From: Vicinamibacteria bacterium
Lineage (GTDB): Bacteria > Acidobacteriota > Vicinamibacteria > Marinacidobacterales > Marinacidobacteraceae
Assembly (NCBI GenBank): GCA_963555995.3
Contig: OY821641.1
Span: forward strand, 1,536,001-1,600,000
Reading direction: 5' to 3'
Length of the DNA stretch: 64,000 bases
Part shown: one piece after another, positions 20,458-28,391 of the stretch
Layout: each line of letters opens with the position of its first letter
Position numbering within the stretch: the stretch's first letter is position 1
Position numbers and translations under genes: made by a program
Notes under the pieces: generated by a model
What the model saw: only the letters and a program-made list of their open reading frames with translations
What the model was told of the DNA's origin: nothing
Databases searched by the model: none

Positions 20458-21879
20458 TCAGCCGTCCGTGCGCTGCACGAGCGCCGCGAAATACCCATCG
20501 GTTCCGTGCGCTTCGGGGGCGATCCGGAGTGCGCCGGTGTCGTCCACGAGGGGGGCCAGGGCTTCGGGCAGGCGGTCCGCGAGGGAGAGCTGCCGGAGGC
20601 CGGGTCTTCCGGAGAGCAGGCCGCGGACCGCCTCGGTCGTCTCCTCCGGCTCGAGCGAGCAGGCCGAGTAGAGCAGCATGCCGCCGGCGGCGAGAAGGTC
20701 CGCGGCCGCCCGGGCGATGCGGCCGGCGGTCTCCGCGAGCTCCCGAATGCGCGCGGGAGAAGCGGTCCACTTGATGTCGGGATTCCGCGCCAGGGTTCCG
20801 AGGCCGCTACAGGGGACGTCCAGGAGGATCCGGTCGAACGTTGCCGCCGCGAAGGGAGGACGGGCGGCGTCGGCGGCGAGCCGCAGCACGTTCCCGGCCG
20901 CGAGGCGGCGGACCGTCGCGTCCAGCAGGTTCACCCGGCGCGGCCGGAGGTCGGCGGCGATCAGTGGCCGCGGTTCGATCCGCTCGGCGAGGATGGCGGC
21001 TTTCCCGCCGGGAGCGGCGCAGGCATCGAGACACCGGCGCGCCCCGTCCACGGGAAGCAGCCAGGCCATGAGCTGCGACCCCGCGTCCTGCAGGTGAATC
21101 GCGCCCTCCCGGTACAGCGACGCATCCTGGGGGTTTCCGCTGACGACCCGGAGACAGCGGGGAGCGATCGGGAAACGCTCGGTCTCCACGCCCTCCTGCG
21201 CGAGCCGTTTCCTGACTTCCTCGAGGGCCAGCCGCCGGCCCACGCGCAGGAAGGCCGCCGGGGAGCGGTTGCCGGCCGTGAGCCTCCGTTTGGCGCCTTC
21301 GGGTCCGAGTTGCCCCAGACAGCGGTCCACCATCCAGTCCGGATAGGACAGCCCGGCGCGCAGATAGAGGTCCCGGTCGCCGCCGGGGCGGGGCCACGGG
21401 TGGTCGGCCCTGAGGTAGGCGCGGAGCACGGCGTTGACCAGACCGGCCGCCCCGGGCCGGGCGGAAGCGGCGGCGAGGGAGACGGACTCGTGGACCGCGG
21501 CGCTGGCCGGCACCCGGTCCAGGTAGCGAAGCTGGTAGAGGCCGAGCCGGAGCGCGATCCGCACCGGGAGGTCGAGTTTGCCGACCGGCCGGTGCGAGTA
21601 GCTGTCGAGGGCGTAGTCGAGGGAGCGCCTCCAGCGCAGCACCCCGAACACGAGTTCTCTGGCGAGCGCCCGGTCGCGATCGTTCGGCGGCTGCCCCCCA
21701 GCGTCCTCCAGGCGGGCGATCAGCGCGTCGGGACGGGGTGGATGGGGCCGCTCCCGGGTGGGTTCCAGCCGCAGGAGAACCGCGAAGGCGGCCCGCCGGG
21801 CGGGGGAGGCCAGGCGGGAGGCCGGGGCGGGTCCCCCTCGTGCGCGCCGGCCCGTCTTCTTTCGGGGTGCTCCGGGCAT
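20458..21879 (-). CDS. rsmB: 16S rRNA m5C967 methyltransferase
   Basis: NusB-like N-terminal domain, QDAGSQ, DACAAPGGK, DVPCSGLG, YSACS. Confidence 0.93.
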   Translation of the reverse strand: MPGAPRKKTGRRARGGPAPASRLASPARRAAFAVLLRLEPTRERPHPPRPDALIARLEDAGGQPPNDRDRALARELVFGVLRWRRSLDYALDSYSHRPVGKLDLPVRIALRLGLYQLRYLDRVPASAAVHESVSLAAASARPGAAGLVNAVLRAYLRADHPWPRPGGDRDLYLRAGLSYPDWMVDRCLGQLGPEGAKRRLTAGNRSPAAFLRVGRRLALEEVRKRLAQEGVETERFPIAPRCLRVVSGNPQDASLYREGAIHLQDAGSQLMAWLLPVDGARRCLDACAAPGGKAAILAERIEPRPLIAADLRPRRVNLLDATVRRLAAGNVLRLAADAARPPFAAATFDRILLDVPCSGLGTLARNPDIKWTASPARIRELAETAGRIARAAADLLAAGGMLLYSACSLEPEETTEAVRGLLSGRPGLRQLSLADRLPEALAPLVDDTGALRIAPEAHGTDGYFAALVQRTDG

Positions 21880-21880
21880 T

Positions 21881-22774
21881 TCAGTGGCAGGCGGCGATGA
21901 CTGCCGAGAGCGCCTGCGGATCGTCGGTGAGGATGCCGTCCACTCCCAGCGCGAGCAGGCGCTGCATGTCTTCGGCCCGGTTCACGGTCCAGACGAACAC
22001 CGGAAGGCCGGCCCGGCGCGCGGAGCGCAGCAGCCGGGGGGTCACCACCCGGACGGGGCCGCTGGTTTCGCTCACGAGAAGCGCATCGAACGGGGGGGCG
22101 TAGAGGCCGGCCAGCTGCCCGAGGGACATGGCGAGGAAGACCACGACCTCTCCGAAGGAGCCTCCGGTGGCAACGGCGGGACAGGCGCCGCGGAAGCGCT
22201 CCAGGGACTCGCCCCCGAAAGCGGCCACCAGGGTCCGGTCCTCTCTCCCCGCTTCCCGGATCGCCCGGCAGAGCGGCTCCGCGGTGTCCAGGGTCTTCAT
22301 CTCGACGACGAAGGGAACATCCGGATGGGCGGTCTGGACTTCCTCGAAGGTCGGGATGGACAGGCGTTCCGCGCGATAGGGAAAACTTCCGTCGGGCGCC
22401 CGGAAACGGTGGCCGGCGTTCAGGGAGCGCAGTTCCTCGAGGCGCAGTTCCCCGACCGCGCCGCTCCCGTCGGTGGTGCGGTCCACCGTGCTGTCGTGGA
22501 TCACGACCAGCGCGCCGTCGGCGGTCAGTCGGACGTCCATTTCGAGGACGTCCGCCCCCGCCCGGACAGCGGCCCCGAACGCCGCCAGCGTGGCCTCGGG
22601 CGCCAGCATGCCACCTCCCCGGTGAGCGACGTTCCGGACCGGCGCGGTGAAGAAGTCATGCACCGGTCTCGGAGGGCGCGTGCTCGCCACCAGAACCAGC
22701 ACCCCGTAGGCGGCGGCCAGAATTCCCAGGGTTCCGACCAGGAAGAACGCGAGGCGTCGGAGCCGCGGGTGCAT
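21881..22774 (-). CDS. Glycerophosphodiester phosphodiesterase, N-terminally anchored
   Basis: AHRGG..PEATLAAF, EMDVRLTADG..VIHD.TVDRTT, WTVN, GILTDDP. Confidence 0.9.
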   Translation of the reverse strand: MHPRLRRLAFFLVGTLGILAAAYGVLVLVASTRPPRPVHDFFTAPVRNVAHRGGGMLAPEATLAAFGAAVRAGADVLEMDVRLTADGALVVIHDSTVDRTTDGSGAVGELRLEELRSLNAGHRFRAPDGSFPYRAERLSIPTFEEVQTAHPDVPFVVEMKTLDTAEPLCRAIREAGREDRTLVAAFGGESLERFRGACPAVATGGSFGEVVVFLAMSLGQLAGLYAPPFDALLVSETSGPVRVVTPRLLRSARRAGLPVFVWTVNRAEDMQRLLALGVDGILTDDPQALSAVIAACH

Positions 22775-22776
22775 CG

Positions 22777-23787
22777 CTATCCGGATTCCGTCAGCCGGAC
22801 CGCCTCGGCGGCGCTCGCGAAACGGCCGGCGGGAGGGACGGCGTTCCCCTGCAGGAAGGGGGCGATGGGGAGCCGGCGGCGTCCCGCGGCCTGGACCTCG
22901 AGGGGCCAGAGCGCGGTGCCGCCCCCGCAGGCCACGACGAGGCGGGGCGCGCGCCGGCTGCCGGCGATCCGGAACGACCCCGGCGGCCGGCCCGTTTCCG
23001 GTGGACCGTCGTGGGCGGCGGCGCGGTGAATCCGGAGCGGGGCGGCGGCCCCGGACGTCCCGTCGCCGAGCGCCGTGAAGGCCACCGGAGCGGGAGAGAA
23101 GGCGCGCACCCGGCTCGCCAACGCCGGAGCCTCCAGTTCCCAGTCGAGGGCGGCGTCGGCCTTGCCGACCCGGGGGGCGAACGTGGCTGCATCGTCGTCC
23201 TGGGGGCGCGGAGTGATCCGTCGGGCCGCCAGCCCGGACAGGGTTTCGATCAGGAGTTCGGCGCCCAGGGGAGCCAGCCGGGCCAGGAGTTCACCCGCGG
23301 ATTCGTCATCGCCGATGTCCGTTTCCCGCTGGAGCAGGATCGGCCCGGTGTCGAGTCCGGTGTCCATGAGCATGGTCGTTACCCCGGTGCGGCGATAGCC
23401 GCGGGCCACCGCCCAGATCGCCGGGGCGGCGCCGCGGAGTTCGGGAAGCAGCGAGGCGTGGACGTTGACGGCCCCCAGCCGCGGCGCCGCCAGCAGGCGG
23501 GCGGAGAGGATCTGGCCGTAGTCGGCGACGACAAGAACATCGGGCTCGAGGTCCGCCACCGGTTCCCAGGCGCTCCGGCGCCGGATCCGTTCCGGTTGCC
23601 GGACCGGGATCCCGAACTCCTGCGCCCGGCGCTTGATCCGGCTGAGGCGGGGGCGGCGGCCTCGGCCCGCGGGCCGGTCCGGCTGGGTGAGCACCGCCAG
23701 TACCTGGTGACGGGCGTGCAGCGCGCCGAGCACCGGAACCGCGAAGGCCGAGGTCCCCAGGAAGACCACGCGGAGGCGCTCCACCAC
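22777..23787 (-). CDS. fmt: Methionyl-tRNA formyltransferase
   Basis: FLGTSAFA, TQPDRPAGRG, NVHASLLPELRGAAP, LDTGPIL. Confidence 0.95.
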   Translation of the reverse strand: MVERLRVVFLGTSAFAVPVLGALHARHQVLAVLTQPDRPAGRGRRPRLSRIKRRAQEFGIPVRQPERIRRRSAWEPVADLEPDVLVVADYGQILSARLLAAPRLGAVNVHASLLPELRGAAPAIWAVARGYRRTGVTTMLMDTGLDTGPILLQRETDIGDDESAGELLARLAPLGAELLIETLSGLAARRITPRPQDDDAATFAPRVGKADAALDWELEAPALASRVRAFSPAPVAFTALGDGTSGAAAPLRIHRAAAHDGPPETGRPPGSFRIAGSRRAPRLVVACGGGTALWPLEVQAAGRRRLPIAPFLQGNAVPPAGRFASAAEAVRLTESG

Positions 23788-23823
23788 CGTTCCTCCGCCA
23801 GCGCCGCGCCGGATCGCCGGGCG

Positions 23824-24336
23824 CTACCAGTCGCCGCGGCGCATGCGGCGGCGCAGCTTGCGAACGATGAGGTCCCGCTTGAGGAGTCCGAGCCGGTCCA
23901 GGAAGAGGCGGCCGTTGAGGTGGTCCACCTCGTGGGCGAACGCCCGGGCCAGCAGTCCTTCCCCCTCCATTTCGTAGGACGAACCGTCGAGACGTTGCCC
24001 GCGGACGCGGACCCACCGCGGCCGCCGGGTCACCCCCGAATACCCCGGCACGGAGAGGCATCCCTCCTCTTCGGACTGGCTCCCCTCCGATTCGAGGATC
24101 TCCGGATTGGCCATCACGATCAGCTCTCCGTCCTGCTCGCCGACCGTGATGTCAATCACCATCAGGCGGACTCCCACCCCGATCTGGGGCGCGGCAAGGC
24201 CGACTCCGGGGGCGGCGTACATGGTCGCCACCATGTCGTCCACCAGTTCCCGCCAGTTCCGGTCGAAGTCCTCGATGGGTTCGGAGGGAGTCGTGAGGGT
24301 GGAAGCCCCGTAGCGCAGGATCGGACGGACTGGCAA
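23824..24336 (-). CDS. def: Peptide deformylase
   Basis: GVGLAAPQIG, EGCLS, HEVDHLNG. Confidence 0.97.
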   Translation of the reverse strand: MPVRPILRYGASTLTTPSEPIEDFDRNWRELVDDMVATMYAAPGVGLAAPQIGVGVRLMVIDITVGEQDGELIVMANPEILESEGSQSEEEGCLSVPGYSGVTRRPRWVRVRGQRLDGSSYEMEGEGLLARAFAHEVDHLNGRLFLDRLGLLKRDLIVRKLRRRMRRGDW

Positions 24337-24408
24337 AACGGCTCGCGATTGTAGCCGTGGAACACCGGCGGATCCCCGAAAGTAGAATCGGCCCCGGAGG
24401 GGTCAGGA

Positions 24409-25446
24409 ATGAGGACGAAGAGGACAAGGACCGGGGCCGGAGTCCTGCTGTTCGCCGGTGTGGCGCTCGCGGCCGCGATCGGCTGGACGGCGGCGACGCC
24501 CGATGTCGCCGAAGAGATGATGGATCGGGCGCGGCACTTCCTGATGTCGCTCGACGCCGATCAGCGAGCCCAGGCGACGTTCGCGTTCGATGACGAGGAG
24601 CGGCTCAACTGGCACTTCATTCCGCGGGACCGGGAGGGCGTGCCGTACGGGGATTTCAGCCCACCCCAGCGCCGGCTCGCCGACCGCCTGCTCGGCACCG
24701 CGCTGAGCCACGACGGGATCAGCAAGGCGCTCGGCATCATGTACCTCGAACAGATCCTCTACGAGCGCGAAGGGCGCGACATCCGCGATTCCGACCGCTA
24801 CCACTTCACGGTCTTCGACGAGCCGTCGGAGTCGGGTCCCTGGGGCTGGCGCGTCGAGGGGCATCACCTGTCGCTCAACGTCACCCTCAGGGGAGGCGAG
24901 GTGGTCGCGGCGCCGGCGTTCATGGGCAGCAATCCGGCGGTCGTGGACGAAGGCCGGCACACCGGTCTCGAGGTGCTCGCCGCGGAACAGACGGTTGCGA
25001 GGGAACTGCTCGGACTCTTCGCGGGCGAGGCGCGCGAGCAGGTCATCTTTGATGCCGAGGCGCCGCCCGACATCCTGACCGGCACGGATCGGATCGCCGA
25101 TCCCGGAGACCCGCTGGGGCTCGCGATCGGAGGCATGACGGACGAGCAGGGCGAGAAGGTCGTCGAGCTGATCCAGGTCTACCTGGGCCGGATGCGGCTC
25201 GATCTCGCGAAGGCGGAGTTCGAGCGGATCACCGCGGCCGGCCTGCGCGACATCCACTTCGCGTGGGCCGGGAGCGCCGCGCCCGGCGAGCCGCACTACT
25301 ACCGGATCCACGGCCCGACCTTCCTCATCGAGTACGACAACACCCAGAACGGCGCGAACCACATCCACTCGGTGTGGCGCGACCTGACCGGCGACTTCGG
25401 CCGGGACCTCCTCGCCGAGCACTACGAGGCCGCCCACTCCCACTAG
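24409..25446 (+). CDS. DUF3500-like exported protein
   Basis: Signal peptide; [48 protein letters not shown]; SD GGAGG and TAGAAT upstream. Confidence 0.8.
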   Translation: MRTKRTRTGAGVLLFAGVALAAAIGWTAATPDVAEEMMDRARHFLMSLDADQRAQATFAFDDEERLNWHFIPRDREGVPYGDFSPPQRRLADRLLGTALSHDGISKALGIMYLEQILYEREGRDIRDSDRYHFTVFDEPSESGPWGWRVEGHHLSLNVTLRGGEVVAAPAFMGSNPAVVDEGRHTGLEVLAAEQTVARELLGLFAGEAREQVIFDAEAPPDILTGTDRIADPGDPLGLAIGGMTDEQGEKVVELIQVYLGRMRLDLAKAEFERITAAGLRDIHFAWAGSAAPGEPHYYRIHGPTFLIEYDNTQNGANHIHSVWRDLTGDFGRDLLAEHYEAAHSH

Positions 25447-25473
25447 ACACGGTTCAGGGCGCTTCCCCCCCAG

Positions 25474-25702
25474 GATGACGCCCACGGCCTGGAACGCCGG
25501 TCTCCAGACCGGCACGCGCGGTGCTCCGCATCGCGCAGGGCGCGACTTCCACACGCAGGGTGCTTCTATCCTGCTCGTTCACCTGAACGAACTGGAGGTC
25601 GCCGTACGGCGTCCCGTGAAGGCGGACAGCGTCACGTCGGCCGCGGGCCTTCGGCCCGCTGTGCCGGTCTGGAGACCGGCGTTCCAAGCCGTGGGCGCCA
25701 TC
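25474..25702. repeat. Pair of inverted REP-like repeats (REPIN/BIME-like)
   Basis: 25474-25515 and 25661-25702 are reverse complements (40/42); core GGAACGCCGGTCTCCAGACCGGC is itself a hairpin; internal GCGGGCC-TTC-GGCCCGC hairpin. Confidence 0.8.
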
Positions 25703-25880
25703 TCCGCTCTGGAGCTCCACGCCGTGACAGGAGCCACCCGTTCCGGGTGGGATTGCGGCGTGCGCGGCGCTCCGCGCCGCGCACGGCGTGACCCCTGTAC
25801 ACCCTCACGGCGCGGACGACTTCGAGCAGCGACCGGAGCTCCCCTCGCCGACCCCCTGTTCCTATACTCCGGGCGACGCG

Positions 25881-28121
25881 ATGAACCCTGCCGCAGAACC
25901 GCGCATGCCGGAACGGGAGACCGCCGGAAACGGCCGGTTCGAGGCCCGGGTTGTCGGGATGCACTGCGCCGGCTGCGTGGCGAGCATCGAAAAGGCGGTC
26001 GGGGACCTTCCGGGGGTCGAGCGGGCGGAGGTGAGCCTGCTCACCGGCGACCTTTCGGTGAGCCTCGCGGACACGGGACCGGTGAACTCCGGCCTCGCGG
26101 CGGACATCGCGGGGGCGGTCGAATCCGCCGGTCCGTATTGCGTCGAGACGGCCTCGCCGGCCGCCGCCGCGGAGCCCGGGGAGTCCGCCGCCGGCTCCCG
26201 CTGGCGGGACGGATTCCTTCCCGTTGCCGGAGCCCTGGCGCTCGCCGGCGCGGCGATGGGGGTTGCGATGAGCGGCTTCGGGGCGTCCACGGCCGGGCGC
26301 TACGCCCAGTTCGCGCTGGCGACCCCCGTTTGCCTGTTCTTCGGGTGGGCCTTCGTCAAGGCGCTCGGGAGCTCGCTCCGCAACGGGACGTTCGGCATGG
26401 ACAGCCTGATCGGGCTGGGCGCCGGGGCCGCCTACGCCTCCTCCGTGGTGGCGCTGGCGGCTGGCGGGACGGAGATGCTGTTCTTCGATACCGCCGCGCT
26501 CATCGTCGCCATCGTCCGGCTCGGCCGCTGGCTCGAGGACCGCGCCCGGGGCCGGGCAACCGACGCGCTCACCGAGCTGCTGGCCTTGGCTCCCGACCGG
26601 GCGCGCGTGGTGCGGGACGGCGTCGAGCGCCTCGTGCCGGTGGCGGAAGTGCGCCGGGGCGAGCACATTCGCGTGAGCCCAGGAGAGCGGGCGCCGCTCG
26701 ACGGAAGGATCGTGCGGGGCGGGGCGGCGATGGACGAGTCGCTCCTGACCGGGGAGAGCGTCCCCGTCGAACGGACCGTCTCGGACCGGGTCGTCGCAGG
26801 GGCGCTGAACCTCACCGGAGCCGCCGAGATCGAAGTGACCCGTCCCGCCGCCGACAGCACGGTGTCCCGGATCGCCGCGGCCGTCCGGAAGGCGCAGACG
26901 GAGAAGATTCCCATCCAGCGAACCGCGGACCGGGTGGCGGGGGTCTTCGTCCCCGCCGTCATGGCGGCGGCCGTCCTGACCATCGCCGCCTGGCTGCTGG
27001 CGGAAGGCGCGCTCGATTTCGCGCTGGCCCGCGGGGTGGCGGTGCTGGTGGTGGCCTGTCCCTGCGCCATCGGGCTCGCGGCGCCGATCGCGGTGCTGGT
27101 GGCCACCGGGCGCAGCGCCCGGCAGGGAATCCTGTTCCGCTCCGGCGGGGCGCTGGAGGCGCTGGCGGCGGTGCGCGCGGTCGCGCTGGACAAGACCGGA
27201 ACCGTGACCACCGGGACACCCGTGGTCGTGGCGGCGGAACCCGGGCCGGCCTGGACGCGCGAGGAGCTGCTCCGGTTCGCGGCCTCGGCGGAACAGGGGT
27301 CCGAACATCCGCTCGGCGTGGCGCTCGTCGCGCATGCCCGCGGAAAAGCGATGGACCTCCGGATACCGGAACGCTTCGAGGCGCTCCCGGGACGCGGCGT
27401 CACGGCCACGTTCAGCGGAGGGACCAGCGCATGGGTGGGCAGCGAGCGTCTGCTCCGAGAGCGGGGGCTGGCGGTACCCGAGGATCCCGCCGGGAGCGGC
27501 GCCTCCGGCTGGCTGCGGGTGGTTTCGGAATCGGACGGCCGGACCGAGTTCGCCGGGAGCATCGGGTTCCGCGACCGGCCGCGCCCGGAAGCGGCGGACC
27601 TGGTCCGGAGACTGGACGACGACGGGCTGGCGGTTTCCCTGGTCTCGGGCGACGAGGCTGCGGCCGTCGCGGCGACCGGTTCGGAGATCGGCGTCCAGAA
27701 CGTCGAGGGCGGCCTCCTCCCGGACGAGAAGCTCTCCGCCGTGGACCGTCTGCGGGAACGCTACGGCCAGGTAGCGATGGTCGGCGACGGGATCAACGAC
27801 GCTCCGGCGCTCGCCCGCGCCGACGTGGGAATCGCGCTCGCCCAGGGCGCCGAGATCGCGCGGGAGGCCGCCGGGGTGACCCTGATGCGCCCGGACCTCC
27901 GCCTGGTGAGCGTCGCGGTGCGCCTCGCGCGCCGTTCGCTCCGCATCATCCGGCAGAACCTGTTCTGGGCCTTCATCTACAACGTGGCGGCCCTGCCGCT
28001 CGCCGCGGGGGTCCTCTATCCGACGACCGGCCTGCTGCTGCCGCCGGAAGCGGCCGCCGCCGCCATGGCGCTCTCCTCGCTCACCGTGGTCGGCAACGCC
28101 CTGCGGCTCAGGATCGGATAG
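25881..28121 (+). CDS. copA: Cu(I)-translocating P1B-type ATPase
   Basis: HMA GMHCAGC, TGES, CPC, DKTGT, HP, GDGINDAP, YN and MxxSS motifs; start after TATACT at 25863. Confidence 0.92.
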   Translation: MNPAAEPRMPERETAGNGRFEARVVGMHCAGCVASIEKAVGDLPGVERAEVSLLTGDLSVSLADTGPVNSGLAADIAGAVESAGPYCVETASPAAAAEPGESAAGSRWRDGFLPVAGALALAGAAMGVAMSGFGASTAGRYAQFALATPVCLFFGWAFVKALGSSLRNGTFGMDSLIGLGAGAAYASSVVALAAGGTEMLFFDTAALIVAIVRLGRWLEDRARGRATDALTELLALAPDRARVVRDGVERLVPVAEVRRGEHIRVSPGERAPLDGRIVRGGAAMDESLLTGESVPVERTVSDRVVAGALNLTGAAEIEVTRPAADSTVSRIAAAVRKAQTEKIPIQRTADRVAGVFVPAVMAAAVLTIAAWLLAEGALDFALARGVAVLVVACPCAIGLAAPIAVLVATGRSARQGILFRSGGALEALAAVRAVALDKTGTVTTGTPVVVAAEPGPAWTREELLRFAASAEQGSEHPLGVALVAHARGKAMDLRIPERFEALPGRGVTATFSGGTSAWVGSERLLRERGLAVPEDPAGSGASGWLRVVSESDGRTEFAGSIGFRDRPRPEAADLVRRLDDDGLAVSLVSGDEAAAVAATGSEIGVQNVEGGLLPDEKLSAVDRLRERYGQVAMVGDGINDAPALARADVGIALAQGAEIAREAAGVTLMRPDLRLVSVAVRLARRSLRIIRQNLFWAFIYNVAALPLAAGVLYPTTGLLLPPEAAAAAMALSSLTVVGNALRLRIG

Positions 28122-28281
28122 GGCGCCCCTGCTGAGCCTCACGGCGCGCCGGCTGGGACCGCCGGTCTGGAGGCCTCCCGGGAGAACTGGTCGGCGCTCC
28201 AGGCCGTTGCGACACCTGGGTTGTTGAACTTCGGGCCGAGGCGGGAGTCATCCTTTCCGGGTGGGGTCGGGACGTGCGCGG

Positions 28282-28328
28282 TGCGGAGCACCGCGCGTGC
28301 CGGTCTGGAGACCGGCGTTCCAAGCCGT
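28282..28328. repeat. REP-like repeat, inverted partner of 25484-25530
   Basis: 47-bp reverse complement with 46/47 matches; degenerate copies at about 28156 and 28190. Confidence 0.8.
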
Positions 28329-28391
28329 ACGCGCCTTCCCCGCGGTCAGCGCCGCGCGCCCCGCTACCTGCGCGCGCGCCGGTAAACCGCG

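Noticed and set aside
25474-25800. CRISPR array
   Set aside because: Repeats are inverted, few and irregularly spaced; no cas genes.
25849-25868. CsoR/CueR operator before copA (ACCCCCTGTTCCTATAC)
   Set aside because: A C-tract is present but the palindromic G-tract is missing; too weak to call.
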